Source: Acidobacteriota bacterium (GTDB taxonomy: Bacteria > Acidobacteriota > Vicinamibacteria > Vicinamibacterales > SCN-69-37). Taken from it: 64,000 nt of DNA. The translations under genes and the position numbers were made by a program. Location of the stretch: the NCBI GenBank assembly GCA_039933635.1, contig JBDTNQ010000007.1, forward strand, positions 11,244-75,243. The letters run 5' to 3'. The notes beneath the pieces were generated by a model. It had not been told where the DNA came from. It worked only from the letters and a program-made list of their open reading frames with translations, and searched no databases. This document shows positions 47,054 to 56,967 of this stretch, one piece after another (within the stretch, counting starts at the first letter, position 1; each line of letters starts with the position of its first letter).

Positions 47054-48291
47054 TCCTGGCGCAATCGTCGTTCGAAGAACCGTCGCTCCGCCGGATTTCT
47101 GGCGCGCGCCAGCGCTGCCGCAAAATGCGCGCGGGCGTCGACGACGTGGCCTCGACGCATTTCGAAGTCGCCAAGAGCCGCCGCGTGAAACGGGTAGCGA
47201 TCGAAACGCCCCGCATCCGGAATGGCCCGCAGAGCTTCGACGCCGCGATCGGCGCCGTCGCGCTGGCCGATGGCAATCGCGCGATTGAGCGCGACCACCG
47301 GCGATGGCGCAATCGCCATCAACCGGTCGTAGAGGGAGACGATGGTGGACCAGTCGACGTCGACCGGCGAGGATGCGCTTGCGTGCGCGGCGGCGATTGC
47401 GGCTTCGACGTGATACGCGGTCACGCGCGTGCCTGACGCCGATCGCTCGAGCAGCGCGAGCCCCTGCGCGACGAGGGCGCCATCCCATCGCGCGCGATCC
47501 TGTTGGAGGAGCGGGCTGAGCTCGCCGCCATCATCGATCCGTACCGGCAGGCGCGCGGCGTGCAGATACATCAGCGCGCCCAGCGCGAATGTTTCGGGCG
47601 TCGCGGCCGGCGGATGCTCGCAGAGCAACGCCGTGAGACGAATCGCGTCCTGACAGAGATCCACACGCACCGCTGACTCAGCGGATGCGCCGTGGTAGCC
47701 CTCGTTGAAGAGGAGATACAAGGCGCGTCGGACAGCCGACAAGCGGGAAGCGAACTCGGCGTCGTTCAGGTCGAACAGGCGACGGGATCCCGCCAGCACC
47801 TTCTTGCCGCGGGCAATCCGTTTCTCGATTGCCGGCCGGCCTGTCAGGAACGCCGCCGCGACCTCGCCCGCGCCGAACCCGCACAGGATGTTGAGGACGA
47901 GTGCCACCTGCGCCTCTTCGGGCAGGCGCGGGTGGCAGCACGAGAACATCATGCGCAGCTGCTCGTCCCGAATCGCGTGGAACGAAAAGGCCTCGTCGAC
48001 GAACGAGCCCACGGCCGACTCCTGCGCGATCATCCGCGCCACCTCGGGCGCGAACGTGTGCGCCGTGCGCTGGCGCCGCAGCACGTCGAGCGCGCGGTTG
48101 CGCGCCGTCGCCATGAGCCATCCCGTCGGATTGTCCGGCACGCCGCGCGCCTTCCACACCTCGAGCGCCCGACAGAAGGCGTCCTGCACCACATCCTCGG
48201 CCAGCGTCAGGTTCTGGACGCCGAAGACGCGCGTCAATGCGGCCACCAGGCGGCCGGACTCGCGCCGGAAGAGGTGGTCGTGCAGGTCCAC
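47050..48291 (-). CDS. ECF sigma factor with C-terminal extension (DUF6596/TPR, ECF42-like)
   Basis: AEDVVQDAF, MFSCCHP.L, LYLLFNEGY, QDRARWD and SPVVALNRA. Confidence 0.9.
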   Translation of the reverse strand: MDLHDHLFRRESGRLVAALTRVFGVQNLTLAEDVVQDAFCRALEVWKARGVPDNPTGWLMATARNRALDVLRRQRTAHTFAPEVARMIAQESAVGSFVDEAFSFHAIRDEQLRMMFSCCHPRLPEEAQVALVLNILCGFGAGEVAAAFLTGRPAIEKRIARGKKVLAGSRRLFDLNDAEFASRLSAVRRALYLLFNEGYHGASAESAVRVDLCQDAIRLTALLCEHPPAATPETFALGALMYLHAARLPVRIDDGGELSPLLQQDRARWDGALVAQGLALLERSASGTRVTAYHVEAAIAAAHASASSPVDVDWSTIVSLYDRLMAIAPSPVVALNRAIAIGQRDGADRGVEALRAIPDAGRFDRYPFHAAALGDFEMRRGHVVDARAHFAAALARARNPAERRFFERRLRQD

Positions 48292-48293
48292 GT

Positions 48294-48893
48294 TCAGTAC
48301 TTCGGCGCGTACCGCAACATCACGACGCCCGACGGGTACGGTGTCGCCTCAATCAGCTTGAGCGGTCGGCTCTTTGCCATCCCGGCGACCATTTGCCGGC
48401 CGCGGCCCAGCACGATGGGACTCACGACGAATTGGTACTCGTCGATGAGGCCGTGCTCTGACAACTGCGAGACGATGCTTCCGCTGCCGAAGATGATCAT
48501 GTCCTTGCCGTCCTCGTCCTTCAAGGCGCGAACGGTGTTCACATCGAGGATCGGCACGACCCGCGTGCGCTTCCATGTCGGATGCTTCAGCGTCGTCGAG
48601 AAGACCACCTTCGCGTGTTCGTTGATCCAATCGGCGAAGCCGCGGGCCGCCTCGGACGGATGATCCGGACTGTGTGGGTCCACCGGCTTGGGTGCGCCGG
48701 CCTCGGCCGGCCTCCACGCGCGTTCGAACATCTCGTACGTCTTCCGGCCGAACAACATCGTGTCGACTGCCGGCATGCGCGACGCAGAGCCCTTGTGCAC
48801 CTCCGGTTCCTGCGTCACCCAGCTCAGGTCGCCACCCGGCGCCTCGAAGTACCCGTCGGCCGACACCGCATTGAACATCGTGATGCGTCGCAT
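48294..48893 (-). CDS. Dihydrofolate reductase/RibD C-terminal family protein
   Basis: SADGY, FGRKTY, GSGSI and LIDEY…P.VLG.G. Confidence 0.9.
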   Translation of the reverse strand: MRRITMFNAVSADGYFEAPGGDLSWVTQEPEVHKGSASRMPAVDTMLFGRKTYEMFERAWRPAEAGAPKPVDPHSPDHPSEAARGFADWINEHAKVVFSTTLKHPTWKRTRVVPILDVNTVRALKDEDGKDMIIFGSGSIVSQLSEHGLIDEYQFVVSPIVLGRGRQMVAGMAKSRPLKLIEATPYPSGVVMLRYAPKY

Positions 48894-48905
48894 GCTCGTT
48901 CTCCC

Positions 48906-49289
48906 TTACTGACTGAGCGGCGCCCGCAATTCAGGCGCCGCCATGATCGGCCGAACCTCGACGACGCCGTCACCGGCGAGGATCGGACAGCTCAACGCGA
49001 TCTGGACCGCCTCCTGTTCGTCCCGCGCGCGGATGACCAGGAAGCCGGCGACGACGTCCTTGGTCTCCGCGTAGGGACCATCCGTGATGATGGCCTTTGA
49101 GCGGGGACCGCGGACGACCTTGCCATTTCGCTCGAGCGGCTCACCGCGGCTCTTCAGATGACCGCCCGCTTCGAGCCCGCGAATCCACGCCAGCCACATT
49201 TCCATACTGCGCTGCGCCTGCTCCGGAGTTCCCAGCGCAGCACGCTGGTCGGCGTCGTTGATACGAAACAGGAACACGAACTCGCTCAT
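48906..49289 (-). CDS. YciI/DGPF-domain protein
   Basis: TDGPYAETKD.VAG and VEVRPI motifs; GAGAGG RBS. Confidence 0.9.
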   Translation of the reverse strand: MSEFVFLFRINDADQRAALGTPEQAQRSMEMWLAWIRGLEAGGHLKSRGEPLERNGKVVRGPRSKAIITDGPYAETKDVVAGFLVIRARDEQEAVQIALSCPILAGDGVVEVRPIMAAPELRAPLSQ

Positions 49290-49475
49290 GTGTGTCGTCC
49301 TCTCGTCTATTCGACGTTCGACGGTCTCGAGACCGGACATCTTGTTCAGGATTCACAGATCCGTTTCCGTCGTGCCAGGCGCCGCAGTGTCTCCCGGCCA
49401 CCTGCACGCTCACCCCGCCGCGACTGAATCCTCCCGCTACGGTCTGAAAATTGCACGCTGCACCGCTCGGGTGCA

Positions 49476-50528
49476 ATGGTGAGCAGCTTCCGGTGCGGGC
49501 GATGCGCGGGGACGGTCGAGGCAGGTCAGGCAGGACCAGGCCAGGCCGTCGCCTGTTCACGCTGCGGCCACACAAACGTCTGTCCGGCGCCACGAACCAG
49601 CGCCGAACGCGCGATGCCCCTCCGGTCGGCCGGCCCGTCCCGCGCGATCTGGGCCGGCGTCGCCTGCCTGACGCTGATAACGGTGGGCTGGCTCGGCTGG
49701 GGACGTGCCGGGTCCGGGTTCGCCGGCGCGTCGGCCCGGACACCGACGCCGGCGGAAACGCTGCAGCGGGAACTGCTCGAACACAATCTCGACAAGCCGG
49801 GCGATCCGGAACTCGACGCGCTCTATCAGGCCACTGTCGCGAGGCATTTTCCCGGCGCCATGCCGCCGATCCCCGTGTTGTGGGAGCCGCGACTCGCGCA
49901 GGTGGGACTGGTGGCGGCGGAGACGTTCACTCTGGAAGGCATGTTTGGTCACGAAGGCAAGCAGACCGTGATTCTGCTGAATCCGGATCTGCAACGCGAT
50001 CAACGGGCGCTGGCGCGTGCGCTCTGCCATGAGATGGTTCACGCCTACCTCTACGTGACCGGTGACAAGACCACGGACCACGGCCCGGCCTTCCAATTGG
50101 TACTGCAGCGGCTGTCTGTCGAGGGCGCGTTCGAGGGGATCATGGCGACCGACCAGGAGCGGGCCGCGTTGCGCGCGTGGATCGATGGCGAGTCCCCGCG
50201 GATTGAGGTCGCGCGACGCGACCTGGACCAGTTGGGCTCCAGCGTGGAGGCCGAGCGGGTGGCCATCGAGGGTGCGATTGCCGACGTCAACGCGCGCGGT
50301 CCTGCGTCTGCGACCGAAGCGGCGGCACTCAACGCGCGACGCGAGGCCTACAACCAGCTCGCCATCGACGCCAACGTGCGATCCGCGCGCCTGCAGGCGG
50401 ACCGCGATCACTTCAATCGCGAGGTCGAACGCTACAACCTGATGCTGGTCTACCCTGCCGGCATCGACCAGCGCGCGGCAGTCTCCCCGCCGGCGACGAC
50501 GAGTCCGGGTCGAACCCCAGGTCTGTAG
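49476..50528 (+). CDS. Zn-ribbon + TM + SprT-like metallopeptidase + coiled coil
   Basis: CGRC…CSRC; TM helix; LCHEMVH…HGPAF; heptad-rich C-terminus. Confidence 0.75.
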   Translation: MVSSFRCGRCAGTVEAGQAGPGQAVACSRCGHTNVCPAPRTSAERAMPLRSAGPSRAIWAGVACLTLITVGWLGWGRAGSGFAGASARTPTPAETLQRELLEHNLDKPGDPELDALYQATVARHFPGAMPPIPVLWEPRLAQVGLVAAETFTLEGMFGHEGKQTVILLNPDLQRDQRALARALCHEMVHAYLYVTGDKTTDHGPAFQLVLQRLSVEGAFEGIMATDQERAALRAWIDGESPRIEVARRDLDQLGSSVEAERVAIEGAIADVNARGPASATEAAALNARREAYNQLAIDANVRSARLQADRDHFNREVERYNLMLVYPAGIDQRAAVSPPATTSPGRTPGL

Positions 50529-50562
50529 CGCGGCGTTCGACCGGCGACGACGCGTTCGCCGG

Positions 50563-51951
50563 TCAGTGGACGACCGTTCGAACGTCGCGCTGACAAAGAG
50601 AGATCTGCACGACGCGCTCAAGATACTCCGGCGGGACGAGCGCCGCGACCTCGGCGTTGAGGACGACGCGCCCCTCCGCATCGCGTGCGCTCGAGAGCGC
50701 CGCCGCTTTGATGGCGCTGAACGGCTGCGACATCTGCAGCTGATCGGCCGTACCGCGACGTGCGAAGTGCGTCGACCGTACGACCAGCGTCAGCGCGATG
50801 AGGGCGATGCCGATGTTCCTGACGGCGGAACCGATGCGCCTCGGTTCGGCCGCATGCCAGCGCTGGAGTAACTCAGCGATCAGCAGAGAAACGCCAGCCG
50901 CCGGCACGTACTCGTAGCGCGCGGCAATGCCCCACGTGAAGAAGAGCACCGGCAGCAGCGTGATGAGAATCCACACCACGAAGAAACGCATCCTCGGCGT
51001 GCCCAGCGCGAGCGTGGCCCCGAGCGCGGCGACGAGCACGATATCCTGCACGGGCCCGCGCACCCAGACGAGGATCGCGACCAGGTAGTCGAGCAGCTTC
51101 GGCCCGGCGTGCAGGCCGAAACGGTAGTGCCCTTCGGTGACGAGGTAGCTCCGCGTATTCACGACGTACGCGAGGGCCAGGTATCCGATGACCAGGACAG
51201 CGAACGGCGCGTACCAGCGCAGACGGGCGCCGAGGGCTTCGGCCGTGAAGACGGGCCCGCGTGGCACGAGGATGACGTCCATCGCCACGAGCATCGCAAT
51301 CAGCGTGGCCGAACTCTCATGCGTGAGCAGGCAGATGATGAACGCCGCGAGCGTAGCGACGTAGAACATCCGGCGGCGCCGCCGCAGGAACGCGGCAAAC
51401 ATCCACAACGCGAGGATGTACCAGAAGCCCGGCATCAGGTCTGTAATCGCGCCAATCCAGGCCACCGCCTCGACGGGACCGGACTGCACGGCAAACCACA
51501 GCGCGGCAAAATAGGCGAACGGGCGTGACATGCCGATCTCACGCGCCAGCAGGAACACCAGGCCGCACGTCATGAGGTGAATCGCGACGCTGAGCCAGTG
51601 AAACGGCACGGGATCGCAGCCGAACGTGTGGAGTCCCCATCCGAAATACAGCTCGATGACCGGACGATAGAAGTGGCTGTACCGGCTGAGGTCGAAGAAA
51701 TGGCGCGGGTCGACCTCCCAGGACTGGCTCAGCCATGCGTAGTCATCGTTGAAGAAGAATGCCGTCGACGACGGGGAATAGATGGCGACCACAAGCCCGA
51801 CGATGAGGGCGGTGCCGGCAAGCGGCAGAAGGACACGTGACAGGCGGCTCTCCACGCGACGTAACACTACAACAGGCTGCAGCCTGCGGGATGCGCCGGG
51901 CGGGCCCCGGCTCACGTCCCAAGCGGCGGGCCGAGACCGGCCGTCGTTCAA
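50563..51951 (-). CDS. GT-C-like integral membrane glycosyltransferase (start uncertain)
   Basis: FFNDD, FYRP, EAVAWI, HES and RYEY.P motifs; many TM segments. Confidence 0.75.
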   Translation of the reverse strand: MNDGRSRPAAWDVSRGPPGASRRLQPVVVLRRVESRLSRVLLPLAGTALIVGLVVAIYSPSSTAFFFNDDYAWLSQSWEVDPRHFFDLSRYSHFYRPVIELYFGWGLHTFGCDPVPFHWLSVAIHLMTCGLVFLLAREIGMSRPFAYFAALWFAVQSGPVEAVAWIGAITDLMPGFWYILALWMFAAFLRRRRRMFYVATLAAFIICLLTHESSATLIAMLVAMDVILVPRGPVFTAEALGARLRWYAPFAVLVIGYLALAYVVNTRSYLVTEGHYRFGLHAGPKLLDYLVAILVWVRGPVQDIVLVAALGATLALGTPRMRFFVVWILITLLPVLFFTWGIAARYEYVPAAGVSLLIAELLQRWHAAEPRRIGSAVRNIGIALIALTLVVRSTHFARRGTADQLQMSQPFSAIKAAALSSARDAEGRVVLNAEVAALVPPEYLERVVQISLCQRDVRTVVH

Positions 51952-52040
51952 GGTTTCCGGCTATCCAGCCGATAGCAGTACCGGTGTGACGCTCTCTTCG
52001 CCACCAATCGGACGTGTGCCATCTGTGAGGACCTGCCGCC

Positions 52041-53207
52041 GTGACACTTCCCGGTCCGGACCCACTCACCAGGGCTGACGCCTCCCCGCGGACGTTCGCG
52101 CCCAATACGCGACTGGAGCAGGTCGGCGAACTCGTCTCCGCGATCCAGCGGCTCTCACTCGCACGCACGCTCGAAGACGTACAGGCGACCGTGCGCGTCG
52201 CGGCACGCCGTCTGACCGGCGCCGACGGCGCGACCTTCGTGCTCCGGGAGAACACCCAGTGCTTCTACGCCGACGAGGACGCGATTTCCCCGCTCTGGAA
52301 GGGACAACGGTTTCCCCTGCACCATTGCGTGAGCGGCTGGGTGATGACGCACCGCGAACCGGTCGTCATCGAGGACATCTTCGCTGACCCGCGCGTGCCG
52401 GCCGATGCCTATCGACCGACGTTCGTGAAGAGCCTGGCGATGGTGCCCATCCGGACGGTCGATCCCGTGGGCGCCATCGGGACCTACTGGGCGACGCAGC
52501 GGCGTCCCATCCAGCATGAGATCGATCTGCTGCAGGCCCTGGCGGACTCAACCGCCGTCGCGCTGGAGAACATTCGCGCCTATCAGGAACTCGAAGAGGC
52601 GCGGCTCGAGACGTTGCAACGCCTCGCCCTCGCCGCCGAGTATCGCGACGATGCGACGTATGCGCACACGGAACGCGTGGCGGTGTTGGCGCGGAGACTG
52701 GCCGAACAACTGGGCCTGCCTCCGGCCGAGGTCAGCCTGATCCACCAGGCCGCGCCGCTCCACGATATCGGGAAGGTCGCCATTCCGGACGCCATCCTCC
52801 TCAAAGCCGGGCGGCTCACCGAGCAAGAACACCTCGTGATGCGTCGGCACGCGGTGGCCGGCGCGGCGATTCTGTCCGGCAGCAATTCCGCCGTGTTGAG
52901 GCTGGCGCAGGAAATTGCCCTCACCCATCATGAATGGTGGGATGGCACCGGATATCCGTCTGGGCTATCCGGCACCGACATTCCGCTCAGCGGGCGGATC
53001 GTCGCCCTCGCCGATGTACTTGACGCGCTGCTGCACGAACGGCCGTACAAGCGGGCGTGGAACCTGGACGCCGCGACCACCGAAATCCATCGGCTCAGCG
53101 GCCGTCAATTCGATCCCGCCGTCGTGGCCGCCTTCGGCAGAGTCGACTTGGGGGATCTGGATGCTCCGGCCGAGATCGCGGAACGGTCGGCGGTCCGCAA
53201 GCCGTGA
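52041..53207 (+). CDS. GAF + HD-GYP cyclic-dinucleotide phosphodiesterase
   Basis: GAF domain; HTERV, LHDIGK, HHEWWDGTGYP and RPYK motifs. Confidence 0.9.
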   Translation: MTLPGPDPLTRADASPRTFAPNTRLEQVGELVSAIQRLSLARTLEDVQATVRVAARRLTGADGATFVLRENTQCFYADEDAISPLWKGQRFPLHHCVSGWVMTHREPVVIEDIFADPRVPADAYRPTFVKSLAMVPIRTVDPVGAIGTYWATQRRPIQHEIDLLQALADSTAVALENIRAYQELEEARLETLQRLALAAEYRDDATYAHTERVAVLARRLAEQLGLPPAEVSLIHQAAPLHDIGKVAIPDAILLKAGRLTEQEHLVMRRHAVAGAAILSGSNSAVLRLAQEIALTHHEWWDGTGYPSGLSGTDIPLSGRIVALADVLDALLHERPYKRAWNLDAATTEIHRLSGRQFDPAVVAAFGRVDLGDLDAPAEIAERSAVRKP

Positions 53208-53232
53208 CGCGCCTTCCGTAAGCGGGGTCCAA

Positions 53233-53266
53233 GATCGAGGGCGAGGCCGAAGCCCCGCCCTCGATC
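53233..53266. terminator. Hairpin between convergent HD-GYP and TBDR genes
   Basis: gatcgagggcg…cgccctcgatc inverted repeat. Confidence 0.65.
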
Positions 53267-53283
53267 AGGGCCGTGCGCGACGC

Positions 53284-56200
53284 CTAGAACTGGAACTTCA
53301 CCGTCGCATACCCGCGTGTGCCCTCATTGAAGAGATCCGCCATACCGTAGCGCGGATCGTAGGCCTTCTGGCCGTCAGACGTGGCCAGGATGAGGGCGTT
53401 GTAGTCGTAGCCCTTCGAAAGGTCGGTGCTGCTGAGATCGATGAACGACGACGAGCGATCGGGCACGATGGCGCCCTTGTTGAGGAAGTTGAAGATGTGC
53501 CTGGCCGTCTTCTGGTTGAAGACGTTCAGCACGGTCAATTCCAAGCGAAGGCTCTGGCCGCGTGAGAGCCGCGTCGCGTGCGACACCATCAGATCCGTCT
53601 GGGTCAACGCCGGCGTGCGGCCCATGTCGCCGCGGCCATTCACGAACAGATCCGCGCTGTTCGTGGAGGTCACGTAGGTCGAGATCGGCGTTCCACTCCC
53701 GGCGTAGAAAAATGCGCCGGCCTGCAGGTGCCACGGCAAATCGTACGACCCGTACAGTTTCAGGACGTGCGGCCGATCCGTCGCGAGCCGGCCGAGCACG
53801 TCGAGATTGCCGCGCGAGTCCCAGAGCAGTTCGTCGAGGTCCCAGGCCCGGTTTGCGTTGCCACCCGGTCGCGAGATGCTCGAACTCTGTTGCTGCGCGA
53901 CGGCCGATCCGCCACCCGATGTCGGCGTCGTCACCTCGTCGGACGACGCGAGGCCGGCATAGTTGCCGTAGAGCCGGCTCAGCGTGTAGTTCGCGCTGAA
54001 GAACCAGCCTTTCGCGAATCGGCGATCGTAGCCGAGTTCGAGGGCGTCGTAGGTGCGAACCGGTGTGGGCGTGGCAAAGCCGATGGGCGTGGCGCCCGTG
54101 GGAAACTGAATGGACGTGACGCGTTTGCCCGGATTGCCGATCTTGTAGCCCTCGTCACCCTGGTCGTTCAGGAACCCGATGTCCTCAATCGTTTCCAGCA
54201 GGTCGTTGTGGATGTAGTGGGCCGTGATCACCGCGTTGCCGCCCACTTGAAACTCGACGCCCGCGCTGGTGCTCGCCTGCCGCATCGGCTTGGTGTCGGG
54301 ATCGATGTCGCCGCCGAACGCGGGGACTCGGCGATCCCGGCAGGTGCCGGGCGTGACCCAGATATCGTTGCCGGGCATGTTGCTGAGATTGATTGACCCG
54401 AGGTCCAGGGAATTCAGGCCGCGGTAGAAGATGCACCAGGTCTCGGCCCCGAACGAGCCGCGCGCGAGCTCATACTTCGTCCAGTCGTAGTAGAGGCCCC
54501 AGCTGCCGAAGACCTTGATTTTGCCGTCCCCCCGCAGGTCGTACGCGGCGCCGAGGCGCGGCGCCATCTTGTCCGCGAACGTGAAGTGGAACGCGTCCTT
54601 GAGGTAGTCGGGCCGAAACGTCGGCACCCGCTCGTCCTCGGTTCGAAGACCCAGGTTGAGCGTCAGGCGGTTGCCGAGCGCCCACTGATCCTGGACATAG
54701 AGCGAGTGAATGTTGTTGCCGGCCTTGTTGGTGATGCGTCGGTCGTTCACCTCGTAGTAGCCATAGGTTCCGGTGCCCGTCTGTCCATTGAACGTGAAGC
54801 TCGAGCCCCAGAAGATGTTCACGTAGCCCCCGGGGTACGACGAGTCGATGTCATTCACGGTCCGCTGAAATCCGTACCCGGCCTTGACGGTGTGGAATCC
54901 GAGCGCGTGGAAGATGTGGTTGTAGTCCGCCGCGAACGAGGCGCGGCGGGTCGTGTCGAAGTTCGTGATCTGCGCGCGCGGCGTGTTCACCAGACCGGAC
55001 GGCCCCTGCAGGGACGCCGGAATCAGGTTGTTCACGGCCGTGCTCGGGTTCCCGTACGTGTACGACGTCACGGTCGAGACGCCGGTGTCGCTGTACCGGT
55101 CGTTGAAGACCGAGCCGCGCAGGCTCAGGAACGAGTTGGCCGACAAGGTGAGATCCACCGAGCCGGTCGAGTTGAGCTGATTCTGCTCGTAGCCGCGGTC
55201 GACGTTCGCCGCGAGGCCCGACTGCGCGCGGTTGATCGCGTTGGGCGTCGCGCCGTCGTAGGCTGCCAGCGTGCCGTCGGCCTTCGTGGGCGTCCACAGG
55301 GCCGACCAACTCGCGCTCATGCGGTGCTGCGCATAGGTGACCTTGCCGAAGAGCTGCTGTCGGGTGATATTGCGCTTCATGCTGCCAGTCGAGTCGGTGA
55401 AGACGTAATCACGGGTGCGCGACTCGACGCGCGGTGAGTAGGAGGCGTAGTAGAAGAGTCTGCTCTTCACGATGGGGCCGCCGATCGATCCGCCAAACTC
55501 CTGCTGCAGGTTCGCATCTTCGGCATCCTGCGTATAGAAGCCGGACTGTTCGTTCACGGGATCGAGCACGAGCCGCTTGAGGGGCCGTGCCGTGAGGGTG
55601 CTGCCCTCGCCGTAGTAGTGAGCCTCGCCGTGCCGCACGTTGCCGCCGCTTTTCGTCACGGCGCTGATCACGCCGCCAAGCGCGCCGCCATATTCGGCCG
55701 ATATGCCGCTCGTCTTGACCTGTACCTCCTGCAGATACTCGAAGACGGTGTTCTGACGGGACTGGCCGTTGATCAGCGAGTTGGTCGTGACGCCGTCGAC
55801 GGTGAACGCGTTCTCCGCGCCGCTGGCACCGTTCACCTGAAAGCCACCTTCGATCTCGCCCTGGTTCACCGAGGGCGCGACGAGGGCAATGGACTGGAAG
55901 CTTCGTGCCTTCGGCAGTCGATCGAACTGTTCGGCCGAGACATTGTGCGCGATGAGCGTGCTGTGTGTATCGACGAGTGGCGACGCTTCCGCGACCACCT
56001 GGACGGCTTCGGTCACCTGACTCACCTGCAGCTTGGCGTCGAGCGTGAACGCCCGCCCCAGGACCACGCTTACGTCGGTGAGCTTGACGGCCTGGAAGCC
56101 GGAGAGTTGGAAGACCACCGTGTAGCGGCCGGGGGTCACATCCGGCGCCATATATTTGCCGTTGGTATCGGTCACGTACGTGCGGGACTCACCATTCTCG

Positions 56201-56349
56201 TTGTTGGTGACCACCACCGACACGCCCGGAACCGGAGCACTCTGCTGATCGGTCACGAGACCGGTCAGTGTGCCGAATCGTTCCTGCGCTGAGACCGCCG
56301 CTCCAAGCAGCAGACACAGCGCGCTGAATACACTTCTCCTTACATACAT
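53284..56349 (-). CDS. TonB-dependent receptor (carboxypeptidase-regulatory N-domain, Oar-like)
   Basis: DQQSAPVPGVSV, SAEYGGALGG, YVQDQW, APRLG and terminal KFQF; GGAGG before ATG 56349. Confidence 0.92.
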   Translation of the reverse strand: MYVRRSVFSALCLLLGAAVSAQERFGTLTGLVTDQQSAPVPGVSVVVTNNENGESRTYVTDTNGKYMAPDVTPGRYTVVFQLSGFQAVKLTDVSVVLGRAFTLDAKLQVSQVTEAVQVVAEASPLVDTHSTLIAHNVSAEQFDRLPKARSFQSIALVAPSVNQGEIEGGFQVNGASGAENAFTVDGVTTNSLINGQSRQNTVFEYLQEVQVKTSGISAEYGGALGGVISAVTKSGGNVRHGEAHYYGEGSTLTARPLKRLVLDPVNEQSGFYTQDAEDANLQQEFGGSIGGPIVKSRLFYYASYSPRVESRTRDYVFTDSTGSMKRNITRQQLFGKVTYAQHRMSASWSALWTPTKADGTLAAYDGATPNAINRAQSGLAANVDRGYEQNQLNSTGSVDLTLSANSFLSLRGSVFNDRYSDTGVSTVTSYTYGNPSTAVNNLIPASLQGPSGLVNTPRAQITNFDTTRRASFAADYNHIFHALGFHTVKAGYGFQRTVNDIDSSYPGGYVNIFWGSSFTFNGQTGTGTYGYYEVNDRRITNKAGNNIHSLYVQDQWALGNRLTLNLGLRTEDERVPTFRPDYLKDAFHFTFADKMAPRLGAAYDLRGDGKIKVFGSWGLYYDWTKYELARGSFGAETWCIFYRGLNSLDLGSINLSNMPGNDIWVTPGTCRDRRVPAFGGDIDPDTKPMRQASTSAGVEFQVGGNAVITAHYIHNDLLETIEDIGFLNDQGDEGYKIGNPGKRVTSIQFPTGATPIGFATPTPVRTYDALELGYDRRFAKGWFFSANYTLSRLYGNYAGLASSDEVTTPTSGGGSAVAQQQSSSISRPGGNANRAWDLDELLWDSRGNLDVLGRLATDRPHVLKLYGSYDLPWHLQAGAFFYAGSGTPISTYVTSTNSADLFVNGRGDMGRTPALTQTDLMVSHATRLSRGQSLRLELTVLNVFNQKTARHIFNFLNKGAIVPDRSSSFIDLSSTDLSKGYDYNALILATSDGQKAYDPRYGMADLFNEGTRGYATVKFQF

Positions 56350-56442
56350 ACGTAGAACCTCCATTGACTCGGGGGGACGCGATGCAATGGGTCGCGACGC
56401 CGCGACCCGGGCTTCAGTAGTGGCGCGCTGCCGGAGGCCGGC

Positions 56443-56541
56443 TTACGAAGGCTGGTGGAACGAGCCGCGGCCGGGGAAGGATGCCCGTGGCCGCGCAGGA
56501 ACCCGCGAGAACCCCGGGGCAGGCAAACTGATGGCGTCCAT
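56443..56541 (-). CDS. Possible 32-aa leader peptide (MDAISLPAPGFSRVPARPRASFPGRGSFHQPS)
   Basis: GGAGG SD 8 nt before ATG, lying between the sigma54 promoter and the TBDR. Confidence 0.35.
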   Translation of the reverse strand: MDAISLPAPGFSRVPARPRASFPGRGSFHQPS

Positions 56542-56660
56542 AGGAGTCGCCTCCGTCAGCAGGAAGGCCGGAGGGGAGGCCGGCGTTCGTCAGGTTGTGA
56601 CGATCGAATGAGACTGACTCGCGCCTCGCGCAGAGGGCGATCAACCTCGAACACGCTTAC

Positions 56661-56677
56661 AGCAAGCGCGGTGCCAA
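56661..56677 (-). promoter_or_regulatory. sigma54 -24/-12 promoter
   Basis: TTGGCACCGCGCTTGCT matches the TGGCAC-N5-TTGC consensus. Confidence 0.8.
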
Positions 56678-56967
56678 GAGCCGGACTTTGAGGTCATCGG
56701 CAGTTTGCGGGCTTTCCCTTAGCGTCCTGCGCAGAAGTAAGTAAGACGACCGCGACTGTTGACTGGCCTCTCTACCAGTTTCCAGAACACGAATGTCCAC
56801 AGTACCCATGAGACGACACAGAGATGTCCGGTACGACTGGGAGGATCAGTGAGCGAGCGGCCGGGTTCTACGCCCGAAGGGTCTGTCATTTGACACTTTT
56901 GTCCGGCGCCGTTCCCCTACCAACATTCGCGTCGCACGGACGCTCGAGCCATCCGTCCGTCGGTCGG

